Source: an uncultured Actinomycetes bacterium (GTDB lineage: Bacteria; Actinomycetota; Thermoleophilia; Solirubrobacterales; 70-9). From it: a stretch of DNA of 64,000 nt. The position numbers were made by a program, and so were the translations under genes. The stretch lies in the NCBI GenBank assembly GCA_963783345.1, contig CAWANE010000020.1, positions 36,236 to 100,235 on the forward strand. The letters are read 5' to 3'. Of this stretch, positions 34,408-43,820 are shown one piece after another. How positions within the stretch are numbered: the stretch's first letter is position 1; each line of letters starts with the position of its first letter. The notes beneath the pieces were generated by a model that was not told the DNA's origin, ran no database searches, and was given only the letters and a program-made list of their open reading frames with translations.

Positions 34408-37400
34408 CTACATGTTGCGCCGGTACTCGCCGCCGACCTCGTAGAGCGCCGCCGAGATCTGGCCCAGCGAGGCGACTTTGACCGCCTCGACCAGCGCCTC
34501 GAAGACGTTCTCACGCTCGCGCGCCACGTCGCGCAGGTGCGCCAGGGCGGCATCGCGGCGCTCGGCGCCGAGCGCCTGGAAGGCCCGCACCGCGGCGATC
34601 TGGTCGTCCTTCTCCTCCTCGGTCGAGCGCATCAGCTCGCGGCCCTCGGTCCGCTCGCCCTCGCCCTCTGGGGGCAGGAAGGTGTTGACGCCGATCAGCG
34701 GCAGCGTGCCGTCGTGCTTGAGCCGCTCGTAGTGGAGGCTCTCTTCCTGGATCTTGGTGCGCTGGTACATCGTGTCCATCGCGCCGAGCACGCCGCCGCG
34801 CTCGGAGATCCGCTCGAACTCCTCGTAGACCGCCGCCTCGACCAGGTCGGTCAGCGCCTCGATCGCGAAGGAGCCCTGCCACGGGTTCTCGGTGAAGTTG
34901 AGGCCGAGCTCGCGGTTGATGATCAGCTGGATCGCGACCGCGCGGCGCACCGACTCCTCGGTCGGGGTCGTGATCGCCTCGTCGTAGGCGTTGGTGTGGA
35001 GGCTGTTGCAGTTGTCGAAGATCGCGTACAGCGCCTGCAGGGTGGTGCGGATGTCGTTGAAGCTGATCTCCTGCGCGTGCAGGCTGCGACCGGACGTCTG
35101 GACGTGGTACTTGAGCATCTGGCTGCGCTCGCCGGCGCCGTAGCGCTCACGCATCGCCCGCGCCCAGATCCGCCGCGCCACCCGGCCGATCACCGCGTAC
35201 TCGGGGTCCATCCCGTTGGAGAAGAAGAAGCTGAGGTTGGGGGCGAAGGAGTCGATCTCCATGCCGCGGGCGAGGTAGTACTCGACGATCGTGAACCCGT
35301 TGGCGAGGGTGAAGGCGAGCTGGGAGATCGGGTTCGCCCCCGCCTCGGCGATGTGGTACCCGCTGATCGAGACGCTGTAGAAGTTGCGCACCTCGTTGGC
35401 GACGAAGTACTCCTGGACGTCGCCCATCATCTTCAGCGCGAACTCGGTCGAGAAGATGCAGGTGTTCTGCGCCTGGTCCTCCTTGAGGATGTCGGCCTGG
35501 ACGGTGCCGCGAACCGTGCGCAGGGTCTCCGCCTTGATCCGCTCGTAGGTCTCGGCGTCGACGACGTCGGCGCCGCTGGCCCCGAGCAGGCCGAGGCCGA
35601 GGCCGTCGCTGCCGGCCGGCAGCTCGCCCTTGTAGCGAGGCCGCGGGCGGTCGCCGAAGTGGGCGTCGAGCTTGCGCTCGGCCTCCTCCCAGCGGCCGCT
35701 CTCGCGCAGGTGCTTCTCGACCTGCTGGTCGATCGCGGCGTTGAGGAAGAAGGCGAGGACGATCGGCGCCGGCCCGTTGATCGTCATCGAGACCGAGGTG
35801 CTCGGCGCGCAGAGGTCGAAGCCCGAATAGAGCTTCTTGGCGTCGTCGAGGGTGGCGATCGAGACCCCCGAGTTGCCGACCTTGCCGTAGATGTCGGGGC
35901 GCTCGGCGGGGTCCTCGCCGTAGAGGGTGACCGAGTCGAAGGCGGTCGAGAGGCGCGCCGCCGGCTGGCCCTCCGAGAGGTAGTGGAAGCGGCGGTTGGT
36001 GCGCTCGGGAGGGCCCTCGCCGGCGAACATCCGGGTCGGGTCCTCGTCCTCGCGCCGGTAGGGGAAGACGCCGGCGGTGTAGGGGTAGGAGCCGGGGAGG
36101 TTCTCCTTCATCAGGAAGCGCAGCCGGTCGCCCCAGCCGTCGAAGCGGGGCGGCGCGATCTTCGGGATCTGCTGGCCGCTGAGCGACTCGCGGTAGTTGG
36201 CGCCGGCGATCTCGCGGCCGCGGACCGTGTAGCTGTAGGTCTCCGCGGTGATCGACTCGATCCGCTCGTCCCAGCTCCGCAGTAGAGCCAGAGCCTCGGG
36301 GCCGAGCGCCGCGAGCGTCTCCTCGTAGGCGCTGCGCAGCTCGGGGTTGTCGCCGAGCGCCTTCAGCGCCTCCTCGAGGTGCTGGGCGCGCGACGCGAGC
36401 TCGGCGAGGCGGTCGACGTCGGCGTTCAGCGCCCGCCCCTGCTCGGCGATCTCGGCGAGGTAGCGGGTCCGGGCGCCGGGGATCAGCGTGTTGCCGAGCG
36501 GCTGGTGGGTCTCCAGCTCGAGGCCGGGGTCCCAGCGCTCGCCGGTCTCCCCCGCGCGCTCGGCCAGGCGCCGGCAGAGGTTGACGAACATCCAGCTCAG
36601 CCCCGGGTCGTCGAACTGGCTGGCGATCGTCGGGTAGACGGGGATCTCATCGTCGGCCGCCTCGAAGGCGACGTGGTTGCGGCGCCACTGTTTGCGCACG
36701 TCGCGCAGCGCGTCCTCGGCGCCGCGCTTGTCGAACTTGTTGATCGCGACCAGCTCGGCGAGGTCGAGCATGTCGATCTTCTCCAGTTGGCTGGCGGCGC
36801 CGAACTCGCTGGTCATCACGTAGACCGGGACGTCGACGAGGTCGACGATCTCGGAGTCGCTCTGGCCGATCCCGGCGGTCTCGACGATCACCAGGTCGTA
36901 GCCGGCGGCGCGCAGGAAGGCGACCGCGTCGGCGAGCCCGGCGCTGGTCGCGAGGTTCTGGCGCCGGGTCGCCATCGAGCGCATGAAGATCTGCTCGTGG
37001 CGCAGGCTGTTGATCCGGATCCGGTCGCCGAGCAGGGCGCCGCCGGTGCGGCGCCGGGTCGGGTCGACCGCGAGGACCGCGATCCGCAGGCCCGGCAGGT
37101 GCTGGACGAAGCGCGAGAGCAGCTCGTCGGTGACCGTGCTCTTGCCCGCGCCGCCGGTGCCGGTGACGCCGACCACCGGGACCCCGGCCCCGGCGGAGCC
37201 CCACTCCTCGCGCAGCCGCTCCAGCTTCTCGTCGCCGACGATCCCGTCCTCCAGCGCCGAGAGCATCTGCGCAACCGAGAGCTCCTCGGCAGCTCCCGGG
37301 GCCTCCGGGACCAGCGAGGGGACGCGCCTCTCCCTGGCCCGCTCGACCAGGTCGTCGATCATCCCGGTGAGGCCGAGCGACATCCCGTCGGCCGGGTGGT

Positions 37401-37788
37401 AGATGCGCTCGACCCCGAACCGCTGCAGCTCCTCGATCTCCGCCGGGGTGATCGTGCCGCCGCCGCCGCCGAAGACGCGGATGTGGCCGGCGCCGTAGGA
37501 GGCGAGCATCTCGACCGCGTACTTGAAGTACTCGGTGTGGCCGCCCTGGTAGGAGCTGATCGCGATCGCGTCGGCGTCCTCCTGGACCGCCGCCCGGACC
37601 ACGTCGCGGACGCTGCGGTTGTGACCGAGGTGGACGACCTCGGCACCGCTGTCCTGGATCAGGCGGCGCATCACGTTGATCGCCGCGTCGTGGCCGTCGA
37701 AGAGCGATGCCGCCGTGACGAAGCGCAGCGGCAACTCGTCGGGGACCGTCGCCGCCGAGCGGCCGGCTCTATCGGCGACCGTGCTCAC
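34408..37788 (-). CDS. icmF: Fused isobutyryl-CoA mutase (B12-binding domain + MeaB-like GTPase + mutase catalytic domain)
   Basis: [11 protein letters not shown] (B12 domain), P-loop [12 protein letters not shown], and a large C-terminal acyl-CoA mutase domain. GTG 37788 follows GGAGG by 7 nt. Confidence 0.9.
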   Translation of the reverse strand: MSTVADRAGRSAATVPDELPLRFVTAASLFDGHDAAINVMRRLIQDSGAEVVHLGHNRSVRDVVRAAVQEDADAIAISSYQGGHTEYFKYAVEMLASYGAGHIRVFGGGGGTITPAEIEELQRFGVERIYHPADGMSLGLTGMIDDLVERARERRVPSLVPEAPGAAEELSVAQMLSALEDGIVGDEKLERLREEWGSAGAGVPVVGVTGTGGAGKSTVTDELLSRFVQHLPGLRIAVLAVDPTRRRTGGALLGDRIRINSLRHEQIFMRSMATRRQNLATSAGLADAVAFLRAAGYDLVIVETAGIGQSDSEIVDLVDVPVYVMTSEFGAASQLEKIDMLDLAELVAINKFDKRGAEDALRDVRKQWRRNHVAFEAADDEIPVYPTIASQFDDPGLSWMFVNLCRRLAERAGETGERWDPGLELETHQPLGNTLIPGARTRYLAEIAEQGRALNADVDRLAELASRAQHLEEALKALGDNPELRSAYEETLAALGPEALALLRSWDERIESITAETYSYTVRGREIAGANYRESLSGQQIPKIAPPRFDGWGDRLRFLMKENLPGSYPYTAGVFPYRREDEDPTRMFAGEGPPERTNRRFHYLSEGQPAARLSTAFDSVTLYGEDPAERPDIYGKVGNSGVSIATLDDAKKLYSGFDLCAPSTSVSMTINGPAPIVLAFFLNAAIDQQVEKHLRESGRWEEAERKLDAHFGDRPRPRYKGELPAGSDGLGLGLLGASGADVVDAETYERIKAETLRTVRGTVQADILKEDQAQNTCIFSTEFALKMMGDVQEYFVANEVRNFYSVSISGYHIAEAGANPISQLAFTLANGFTIVEYYLARGMEIDSFAPNLSFFFSNGMDPEYAVIGRVARRIWARAMRERYGAGERSQMLKYHVQTSGRSLHAQEISFNDIRTTLQALYAIFDNCNSLHTNAYDEAITTPTEESVRRAVAIQLIINRELGLNFTENPWQGSFAIEALTDLVEAAVYEEFERISERGGVLGAMDTMYQRTKIQEESLHYERLKHDGTLPLIGVNTFLPPEGEGERTEGRELMRSTEEEKDDQIAAVRAFQALGAERRDAALAHLRDVARERENVFEALVEAVKVASLGQISAALYEVGGEYRRNM

Positions 37789-37815
37789 GGCAGCCTCCGG
37801 TGAATTACTCCCAAC

Positions 37816-37833
37816 ACAGATAGTAGGAATACC
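37816..37833 (-). promoter_or_regulatory. Conserved 18-nt box upstream of icmF (copy 2)
   Basis: ACAGATAGTAGGAATACC lies in the unusually AT-rich spacer between the marR-like gene and icmF. Confidence 0.45.
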
Positions 37834-37868
37834 ACGTATTTCATCCGGGATCAAGCTCCTGGCCGGGA

Positions 37869-38375
37869 TCAGGAGAAGTCGCCGGCGCCGGTGCGGAGCC
37901 TGCGCAGGGTGAGGAAGAGCTGCTGGAGGTCCTCCGCGGAGAGCGGGACGGTGGCGAAGTCGGCCCCGTTGAGGACCTCGGTGGCGGCCTCGGCGACCCG
38001 CCGCCCCTCCGGCAGGATCTCGGCGAGGACGGTCCGCCGGTCGCTCTCGTGGGGGGCCCGGCGGACAAGGCCGAGCTTCTCGAGGCCGTCGATCGTGTTG
38101 GTGATGCTGGTGCGGTGCACCTGCAGGCGCTCGCCGATCTTGCCCAGCGGCAGCGATCCGCGCCGCGAGAAGTAGAGCAGCATCAGCGCCTCGTAGCGGG
38201 GGAAGGTGAGGCCGAACGGCTCCAGCAGCTCGTTCAGGCGGGACATCAGGATCTGGTGCACGCGCATGATCGAGGTCACCGCGACCATCTCGGTCGCGGC
38301 CTGCTCGGGCCAGCGCGCCTCCCAGTGGCGGCGCGCCTCCTCGATCGGGTCGAAGGGAAGCCGGTCGTTGGACAC
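37869..38375 (-). CDS. MarR-family transcriptional regulator
   Basis: w[35 protein letters not shown]. Confidence 0.85.
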   Translation of the reverse strand: MSNDRLPFDPIEEARRHWEARWPEQAATEMVAVTSIMRVHQILMSRLNELLEPFGLTFPRYEALMLLYFSRRGSLPLGKIGERLQVHRTSITNTIDGLEKLGLVRRAPHESDRRTVLAEILPEGRRVAEAATEVLNGADFATVPLSAEDLQQLFLTLRRLRTGAGDFS

Positions 38376-38614
38376 TGGTCGCGTATTACTACACGCCGGA
38401 AGGACGAGAGCCGCGGTGGTCGACCGCTCGTCGACCTCGTCGAGGCCGAGCGACGTCTCAATGTCAAGGGGCGAGTCGCGACCGCGCGCACCGAAGCGCT
38501 TCTCGGCCCCTACAGGGCGAAGTTCGCGCCACCGGTTCCACGGAAAGGGCCACGGAGCGACTCGAATCGGCCGCGGGCCTTGCCTGGACAGGCGTCCGGC
38601 CCTAGGCTTGCGCC

Positions 38615-38722
38615 GTGGAAGTCGCCTCCAACGTCCCGCTGATCGTCTTCTGGTTCCTCTTCCTGGCGCTGCTGATCTGGATCGGCATGCGGGTGCTGTC
38701 GCACTGGAACGAGGAGGAGTGA
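38615..38722 (+). CDS. Candidate 35-aa single-TM micropeptide (below the ORF-track cutoff)
   Basis: VEVASNVPLIVFWFLFLALLIWIGMRVLSHWNEEE. Nearly all codons end in G/C, as in real genes here. It has a GTG start and no obvious SD. Confidence 0.3.
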   Translation: MEVASNVPLIVFWFLFLALLIWIGMRVLSHWNEEE

Positions 38723-38762
38723 CGGCGGCGAGGGCGAGCGGCGTCCGAGCCTCGCTCTCACG

Positions 38763-39467
38763 TCAGCCTCTGGACTCGGCGATCAGCTCGGCGAGGGGGC
38801 GCTGCTGGGAGCCGCCGGCGTCGAAGTTGCCCTCCGCCAGCCAGGCCTCGAAGCCGGCGCGGATCCGCGGCCACTCCTCGTCGGTGATCGCGAACCAGGC
38901 GGTGTCGCGGTTGCGGCCCTTGACCACCATGTGCTGGCGGAAGACGCCCTCGAAGGTGAAGCCGTAGCGCGCGGCGGCGCGGCGCGAGGGAGCGTTGAGC
39001 GCGTCGCACTTCCACTCCAGCCGCCGGTACCCGAGGTCGTCGAAGGCGTGGCGGGCCATCAGGTAGATCGCCTCGGTGGCGGCGACGGTGCGCTGCAGCT
39101 CCGGCGAGAGCAGGATCGCGCCGATCTCGATCACCCCGGACCGAGGTTCGATCCGCATGTAGGCCGCCCGCCCCAGCGGGCGCCGGTCGGCGAGGCGCAC
39201 GAAGGTGAAGAGCAGCGGATCCTCGAGGCCCGCAACCCACTCCATCATCGTTCGCAACTGCTCGGCGCTCTCGTAGGGCCCGTCGTGCAGGTAGGTCCAC
39301 AGCCCCTCCTCCGCGGCCGGGGGATGGGTGGCGGCATGGAACGGCTCGGCGTCGCCAGCGGGGTCGAGCGGCCGCACGAGGACGTGGGAGCCCCTCATCT
39401 CCTCGCGCTCCGGCCGGGCGACCGGGCTCCAATCGATGTGGGGCCCCAGCGGCAGGTCGTCTGGCAC
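38763..39467 (-). CDS. GNAT-family N-acetyltransferase (RimJ/RimL-like)
   Basis: Acetyl-CoA-binding region RTVAATEAIYLMARHAFDDLGYRRLEWKCDALNAPSRRAAARYGFTFEG. Confidence 0.85.
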   Translation of the reverse strand: MPDDLPLGPHIDWSPVARPEREEMRGSHVLVRPLDPAGDAEPFHAATHPPAAEEGLWTYLHDGPYESAEQLRTMMEWVAGLEDPLLFTFVRLADRRPLGRAAYMRIEPRSGVIEIGAILLSPELQRTVAATEAIYLMARHAFDDLGYRRLEWKCDALNAPSRRAAARYGFTFEGVFRQHMVVKGRNRDTAWFAITDEEWPRIRAGFEAWLAEGNFDAGGSQQRPLAELIAESRG

Positions 39468-39610
39468 AGCCGGGACTAAAGCACCTCCGGGACCGGCTAT
39501 CCCGCTTCGCCGCCGAGTAGCCGTCGAACTCCGGGGCCAGCAGGTAGAGCAGGCGCGGCTTCTCGTGGCTCTGCAGCTCTCGCTCGACCGCCGATATCCT
39601 GCCGGACGCA

Positions 39611-40903
39611 GTGGAGTGGACCCTGGCGATCGTGGCCGCAGCGCTGCTCGGAGTCGCGGCTGTCTCGCGGCTGCTCTCAGGGACGCCGGTCACCGCGGCG
39701 ATGCTGCTGGTCGGGTGCGGGCTGCTGGTCGGCCCGCAGGTCCTCGACGGCGTCGACGTGCCCGCCCAGAGCGCGGCCGTGCGCACCCTGGCCGAGGCGG
39801 CGCTGACGCTGGTCCTCTTCTGCGACGCCTCGCGGGTGGACCTGCGCCAGCTGCGGCGCGGCGTCGGCGTGCCGCTGCGCCTGCTCGGGCTGGGGCTGCC
39901 GCTGACGATCGGCCTCGGCGCCCTCGCCGCGGCGGCGGTCTTCGACCGCTTCAGCCTCGGCGAGGCGCTGATCCTCGGCGTGATCCTGGCGCCGACCGAC
40001 GCCGCCCTCGGCCAGGCGGTCGTCTCCGACGGGCGGGTCCCGGCGCCGATCCGCCAGGGGCTCAACGTCGAGAGCGGCCTCAACGACGGGATCAGCGTGC
40101 CGCTGCTGTTCGCCGCCGTCGCCGCCGCCGACGTCGAGTCCCACATCGCGGCGGGGCGGGGCGCCGCCGAACTGCTGCTCGAGGAGGTCGGCTACGGGGT
40201 GCTCGGCGGCCTCCTCGCCGGGGCGCTGATCGCCGCGATCGTGATCCAGGCCGGCCGCCGCGACCTGATCGCCGGGCCGTGGCGGCAGGTGGTCCCCGGT
40301 GCCGGCGCCGCGCTCGCCTACGGCTTCGCCTCGGCCCTCGGCGGCTCCGGGTTCATCGCCGCCTTCGTCGCCGGCATCGCCTTCCGCGCCCTGCTGCGGC
40401 GCGACCCGGCCGAGATGAACCGGCTCAGCGAGGAGGTGGGAGACGTGCTGAACGGGGTCACCTTCCTGCTCTTCGGCGCGGTCCTGCTGGAGCCGGCGCT
40501 GAGCCATCTGAGCTGGCAGCCGGCCCTCTACGCGGTCCTCAGCCTGACCGTGGTGCGGATGGCGCCGGTGCTGGTGTCGATGGTCGGCTCGCGGGCGCGG
40601 CCGCCGACGCTGGCCTTCCTCGGCTGGTTCGGCCCGCGCGGCCTGGCCTCGATCGTCTTCGCGCTGATCGTGGTGCAGGAGTCCGAACTGCCGCAGCAGG
40701 AGCCGATCGCGCTCGCGGTCTACCTCACCGTCGGGCTTTCCGTCTTCGCCCACGGCATCAGCGCCGCCCCGCTGGCGCGGCGCTACGGGCGCTGGTACGA
40801 CTCCCACCCCCGCGGCGCGGCGCCGCCGATGGAGAGCGTCCCGACGAAGATCGGGCGCGAACGCAGCACCCGACTCGCCCCGTCCGGCGAAGCCGGCACC
40901 TGA
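39611..40903 (+). CDS. Cation:proton (Na+/H+) antiporter, CPA1-like
   Basis: About 12 TM helices, with LAPTDAALG and GLNDG motifs. Confidence 0.85.
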   Translation: MEWTLAIVAAALLGVAAVSRLLSGTPVTAAMLLVGCGLLVGPQVLDGVDVPAQSAAVRTLAEAALTLVLFCDASRVDLRQLRRGVGVPLRLLGLGLPLTIGLGALAAAAVFDRFSLGEALILGVILAPTDAALGQAVVSDGRVPAPIRQGLNVESGLNDGISVPLLFAAVAAADVESHIAAGRGAAELLLEEVGYGVLGGLLAGALIAAIVIQAGRRDLIAGPWRQVVPGAGAALAYGFASALGGSGFIAAFVAGIAFRALLRRDPAEMNRLSEEVGDVLNGVTFLLFGAVLLEPALSHLSWQPALYAVLSLTVVRMAPVLVSMVGSRARPPTLAFLGWFGPRGLASIVFALIVVQESELPQQEPIALAVYLTVGLSVFAHGISAAPLARRYGRWYDSHPRGAAPPMESVPTKIGRERSTRLAPSGEAGT

Positions 40904-41090
40904 GGAAGGCGCTGCAGGGCAAGAACGCGGCGGCGCTTCAGCCGCCCCGCGCGACCGCTTCGGGGCGACTTGGTTGCGCTACGAGCAACTTTCGCGCCCC
41001 GGTCTCCGAGGAAAGCGATTGGCGGCCGCGGCTCGCGGCCGACCGCGGATCCGCGCGGGCGGCGCTACGGGTGCTGGACGGCGACCCGGC

Positions 41091-42155
41091 TCAGGGACTG
41101 CGCAGGAAGCGCCAGGGGCCGGGGTCGCCGGCGTGCTCGATCGCCGCGGGGTCGACGAGGACCGGGGTGCGACCCGCGGGCAGGGAGCGGAGCCGCCGCG
41201 GGGCGCCGCCGCGGGTGACGTACAGCGGGCCGCCGGGGCCGGCGCGGAGGATGGTGTGATCGCGCGGGAGGCGGCGGACGTGGCTCCACGGGCCGGGGCC
41301 GCCGGCATGGGCGAGGGCGGCGGCGTCGATGCGCACGGCCGGCCGGCGGCCGCCGAGGCGCGCCCAGCTGCCGATCGCAATCGGGGCGCCGCCGGCGAAG
41401 CGGTAGGGGTGGCCGGCTGCCGTGACCACGGTTCCGTTGACCGGGTAAGGGCGCAGGCGGTCGAACACGGCCCGACCGACCAGCAGCGCCGGACGGCGGC
41501 CGCCGAAGCTCGACCAGTGGCCGACCGCGACGGGGGCGCCGCCGACGAGCCGGTAGGCGCGCCGGGCACCGGGCAGCGCCAGGAAGTCGCCGGGACGCAG
41601 CCGCACCGGCAGGTCGCGGAAGTGGATGTAGGCGTCGGGGGCGGCGGTGCGGACGCGGCGGCGGTCGAAGCTGCCGTTGCCCTGCGCGTTGTACTCCTCC
41701 AGCTCGACCGAGCCGGCGTAGACGTCCTCCACCCAGGCGACGTGGCCGAAGCCGCCGAACAGCTCGCTGCCCCACCAGGCGACCGCGCCGGGGGCCGGGG
41801 TGCGGTCGACCCGGTAGCCGCGCGTCCGGGCCGCCGCAGCCCAGCTCGAGGCGTTGCCGAGGCCGCGGTAGTCGCCGAAGAGGTTCGCGCTGCTGAGCTT
41901 CCAGGCGGCGAAGTCGGTGCAGTTGCGGTACGCGTAGCCATAGGGCGAGTACGGGTTGCCGGCGGCGTCGGTCCAGGCGTAGCTCGCCGGGTCGGTGCCC
42001 GGCCCGTCGTAGCTCCAGTACGGGTAGCCGCCGTGGCCGGCACGCGCCGTGGCCGGGGTCGCCGCCACGGCGCAGGCGGCGATCGCGACCAGGCCGCAGC
42101 AGGCACGCAGGGCTCGACGCGGGGATCCCATGCGCCAAGTGTCGCGGAGCGTCAC
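41091..42155 (-). CDS. Secreted CHAP-domain peptidoglycan hydrolase with three C-terminal repeats
   Basis: Signal peptide. CHAP Cys context YRNCTDFAAWK and His context GHVAWVE. Three ~30-aa repeats (AYRLVGGAPVAVGHWSSFGGRRPA, PYRFAGGAPIAIGSWARLGGRRPA, and a third that is more diverged). GTG 42155 overlaps the upstream stop, and ATG 42131 is an alternative. Confidence 0.8.
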   Translation of the reverse strand: MTLRDTWRMGSPRRALRACCGLVAIAACAVAATPATARAGHGGYPYWSYDGPGTDPASYAWTDAAGNPYSPYGYAYRNCTDFAAWKLSSANLFGDYRGLGNASSWAAAARTRGYRVDRTPAPGAVAWWGSELFGGFGHVAWVEDVYAGSVELEEYNAQGNGSFDRRRVRTAAPDAYIHFRDLPVRLRPGDFLALPGARRAYRLVGGAPVAVGHWSSFGGRRPALLVGRAVFDRLRPYPVNGTVVTAAGHPYRFAGGAPIAIGSWARLGGRRPAVRIDAAALAHAGGPGPWSHVRRLPRDHTILRAGPGGPLYVTRGGAPRRLRSLPAGRTPVLVDPAAIEHAGDPGPWRFLRSP

Positions 42156-43597
42156 CGCCGGCGCAGGAACTCCCGCTCGGCGAGCAGGAACGCGGCCACG
42201 GCGACCACGGCGGCGCCGACCACGACCGCGACGCGCAGCGTGTCGTGGCCGCTCTTGTCGGTCTGCCCTCCGACGACGTAGCCGATCAAGGCGATCGCGA
42301 CGGTGACGAGGGTCAGCGTGCTGAGCACGGTGAGCACCCGCCTGCTGCGCTGCGAGGCGTCCGCCGCCGCCTGCTGGACCCGGGTTTCGGCGATCGTCTG
42401 CATTACCTCGAGCTTGCTCTCGACGCTCTCGATCAGCAGCCCGAACCGCGTCACGCCGGCGATCGCCTCCCAGAGGCCGACCTGGGCGGGGCCGAGCCCG
42501 TTGAGGGCGCTGTCGAGGCGCGCCTTCGCCTCGGCCACCCGCACGTAGCTGCGGTGCGCCTCGACGGCGCCCCGCTCCAACTCGCGAAACGAGGCCGAGC
42601 CGTCGTCGCGGTCATCGTCGAGCTGCCTCAGCAGCCCCCGGTCGATGTCCATGAAAAGGGCGTAGTAGGCCCAATTCAGGGTGATCAGCCCGATCGGGGT
42701 CGTGGCGCCGAAGAGGTCCTCTTCCTCCTGCTCCTCGGCGAGCACCATCACGCTCCTCTTCACGCCGGGAACGAACAGCCCGCCGTCGAACCCGACCGAC
42801 TGGCTGTGGACCGCCCTGTAGGGGCGGGCCCGCCTGCGAGCCCGGCGCGGCAGGGCGGCGGGGCCGGGGGACAGGACGAACACCGGGTGCAGCCATTTCA
42901 GCCGGCCGCGCTCCCTCGTGTCCCCCTCGCCGGCCGTCGGCGCGGTCAGGCTTTCGGGCAACGAGGGCCGCGGCAGCCTCCCTTTGCATTCCGCGACCGC
43001 TCGGCGGAAGCTCTTGACCGACTCCGTGGCGGCCGCCTCGTAGGTCGCCCCGATCGGCCACTCGACGTCCTTGCCGTCGGTCCTGGTCAGGTCGCTCCAT
43101 TCGCGCACGCGTCCCGCCGCCCGCGCTGCCGAGCATCCCCACGGCGCGCGGACGTCGTAGACGCCGACGATCACCCCGACGCCGAGGTCGAAGAGCTGGA
43201 CGAAGGCCCGCTTCAGCTCCCACTCCCACCCCTCGCGCTCGGGGCCGAGGGTCTCCACCCCGGTGGCGTCACCGTCCTCCAGGGCCTCCGCCCGCCGCCG
43301 CCAGGCCGCCTTCTCCCGGCAGGCGATGTCGTCGGTCAGCTCCGTCCCTTCGCGCTGGATCAGGACCAGCGGAACCAGGTTCGAGTAGCCGCCTCCCCCT
43401 TCGTCGTATGAGGGCTGTTCCAGCCAGCGGACCCCTTTCGGGTTCCATGTCGTCCCGTCTCCGTGTCCGTCGAGCTTCTCGCCGAGCTGGTGCTGGAATT
43501 CCGCGTACTCGGGCACCTGCACGTCGACCGGCGTTCCGGTCGAGAACGCACCCGTGAGCACCACTCGGAACCGGTGCTTGCCCCCGGCGCGCATCAA
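42152..43597 (-). CDS. Hypothetical protein with a large cytoplasmic region and two C-terminal TM helices
   Basis: 481 aa. C-terminus VLTVLSTLTLVTVAIALIGYVVG...LRVAVVVGAAVVAVAAFLLA. I recognised no catalytic motif. Confidence 0.6.
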   Translation of the reverse strand: MMRAGGKHRFRVVLTGAFSTGTPVDVQVPEYAEFQHQLGEKLDGHGDGTTWNPKGVRWLEQPSYDEGGGGYSNLVPLVLIQREGTELTDDIACREKAAWRRRAEALEDGDATGVETLGPEREGWEWELKRAFVQLFDLGVGVIVGVYDVRAPWGCSAARAAGRVREWSDLTRTDGKDVEWPIGATYEAAATESVKSFRRAVAECKGRLPRPSLPESLTAPTAGEGDTRERGRLKWLHPVFVLSPGPAALPRRARRRARPYRAVHSQSVGFDGGLFVPGVKRSVMVLAEEQEEEDLFGATTPIGLITLNWAYYALFMDIDRGLLRQLDDDRDDGSASFRELERGAVEAHRSYVRVAEAKARLDSALNGLGPAQVGLWEAIAGVTRFGLLIESVESKLEVMQTIAETRVQQAAADASQRSRRVLTVLSTLTLVTVAIALIGYVVGGQTDKSGHDTLRVAVVVGAAVVAVAAFLLAEREFLRRR

Positions 43598-43820
43598 CCC
43601 GACCCACCCTGCACACCTGCACCGAACCTCACCGTCGAGCTCGCACCCATCTGCTCTGCCCCCCCGAACACTCTGTCGCCGGTCGCGAGCGTCGCGTTCG
43701 ACACCCTTGGCGCTTTCGCCAAAGAGTTACCACACCAAGCCGAGGTGGCAGTGGAGAGGGTCGCGCTGACCAGTCCGGTGCGCCGCGCCCTGACCGGCGC
43801 ACGCACGCCGCGGCCCTCGC

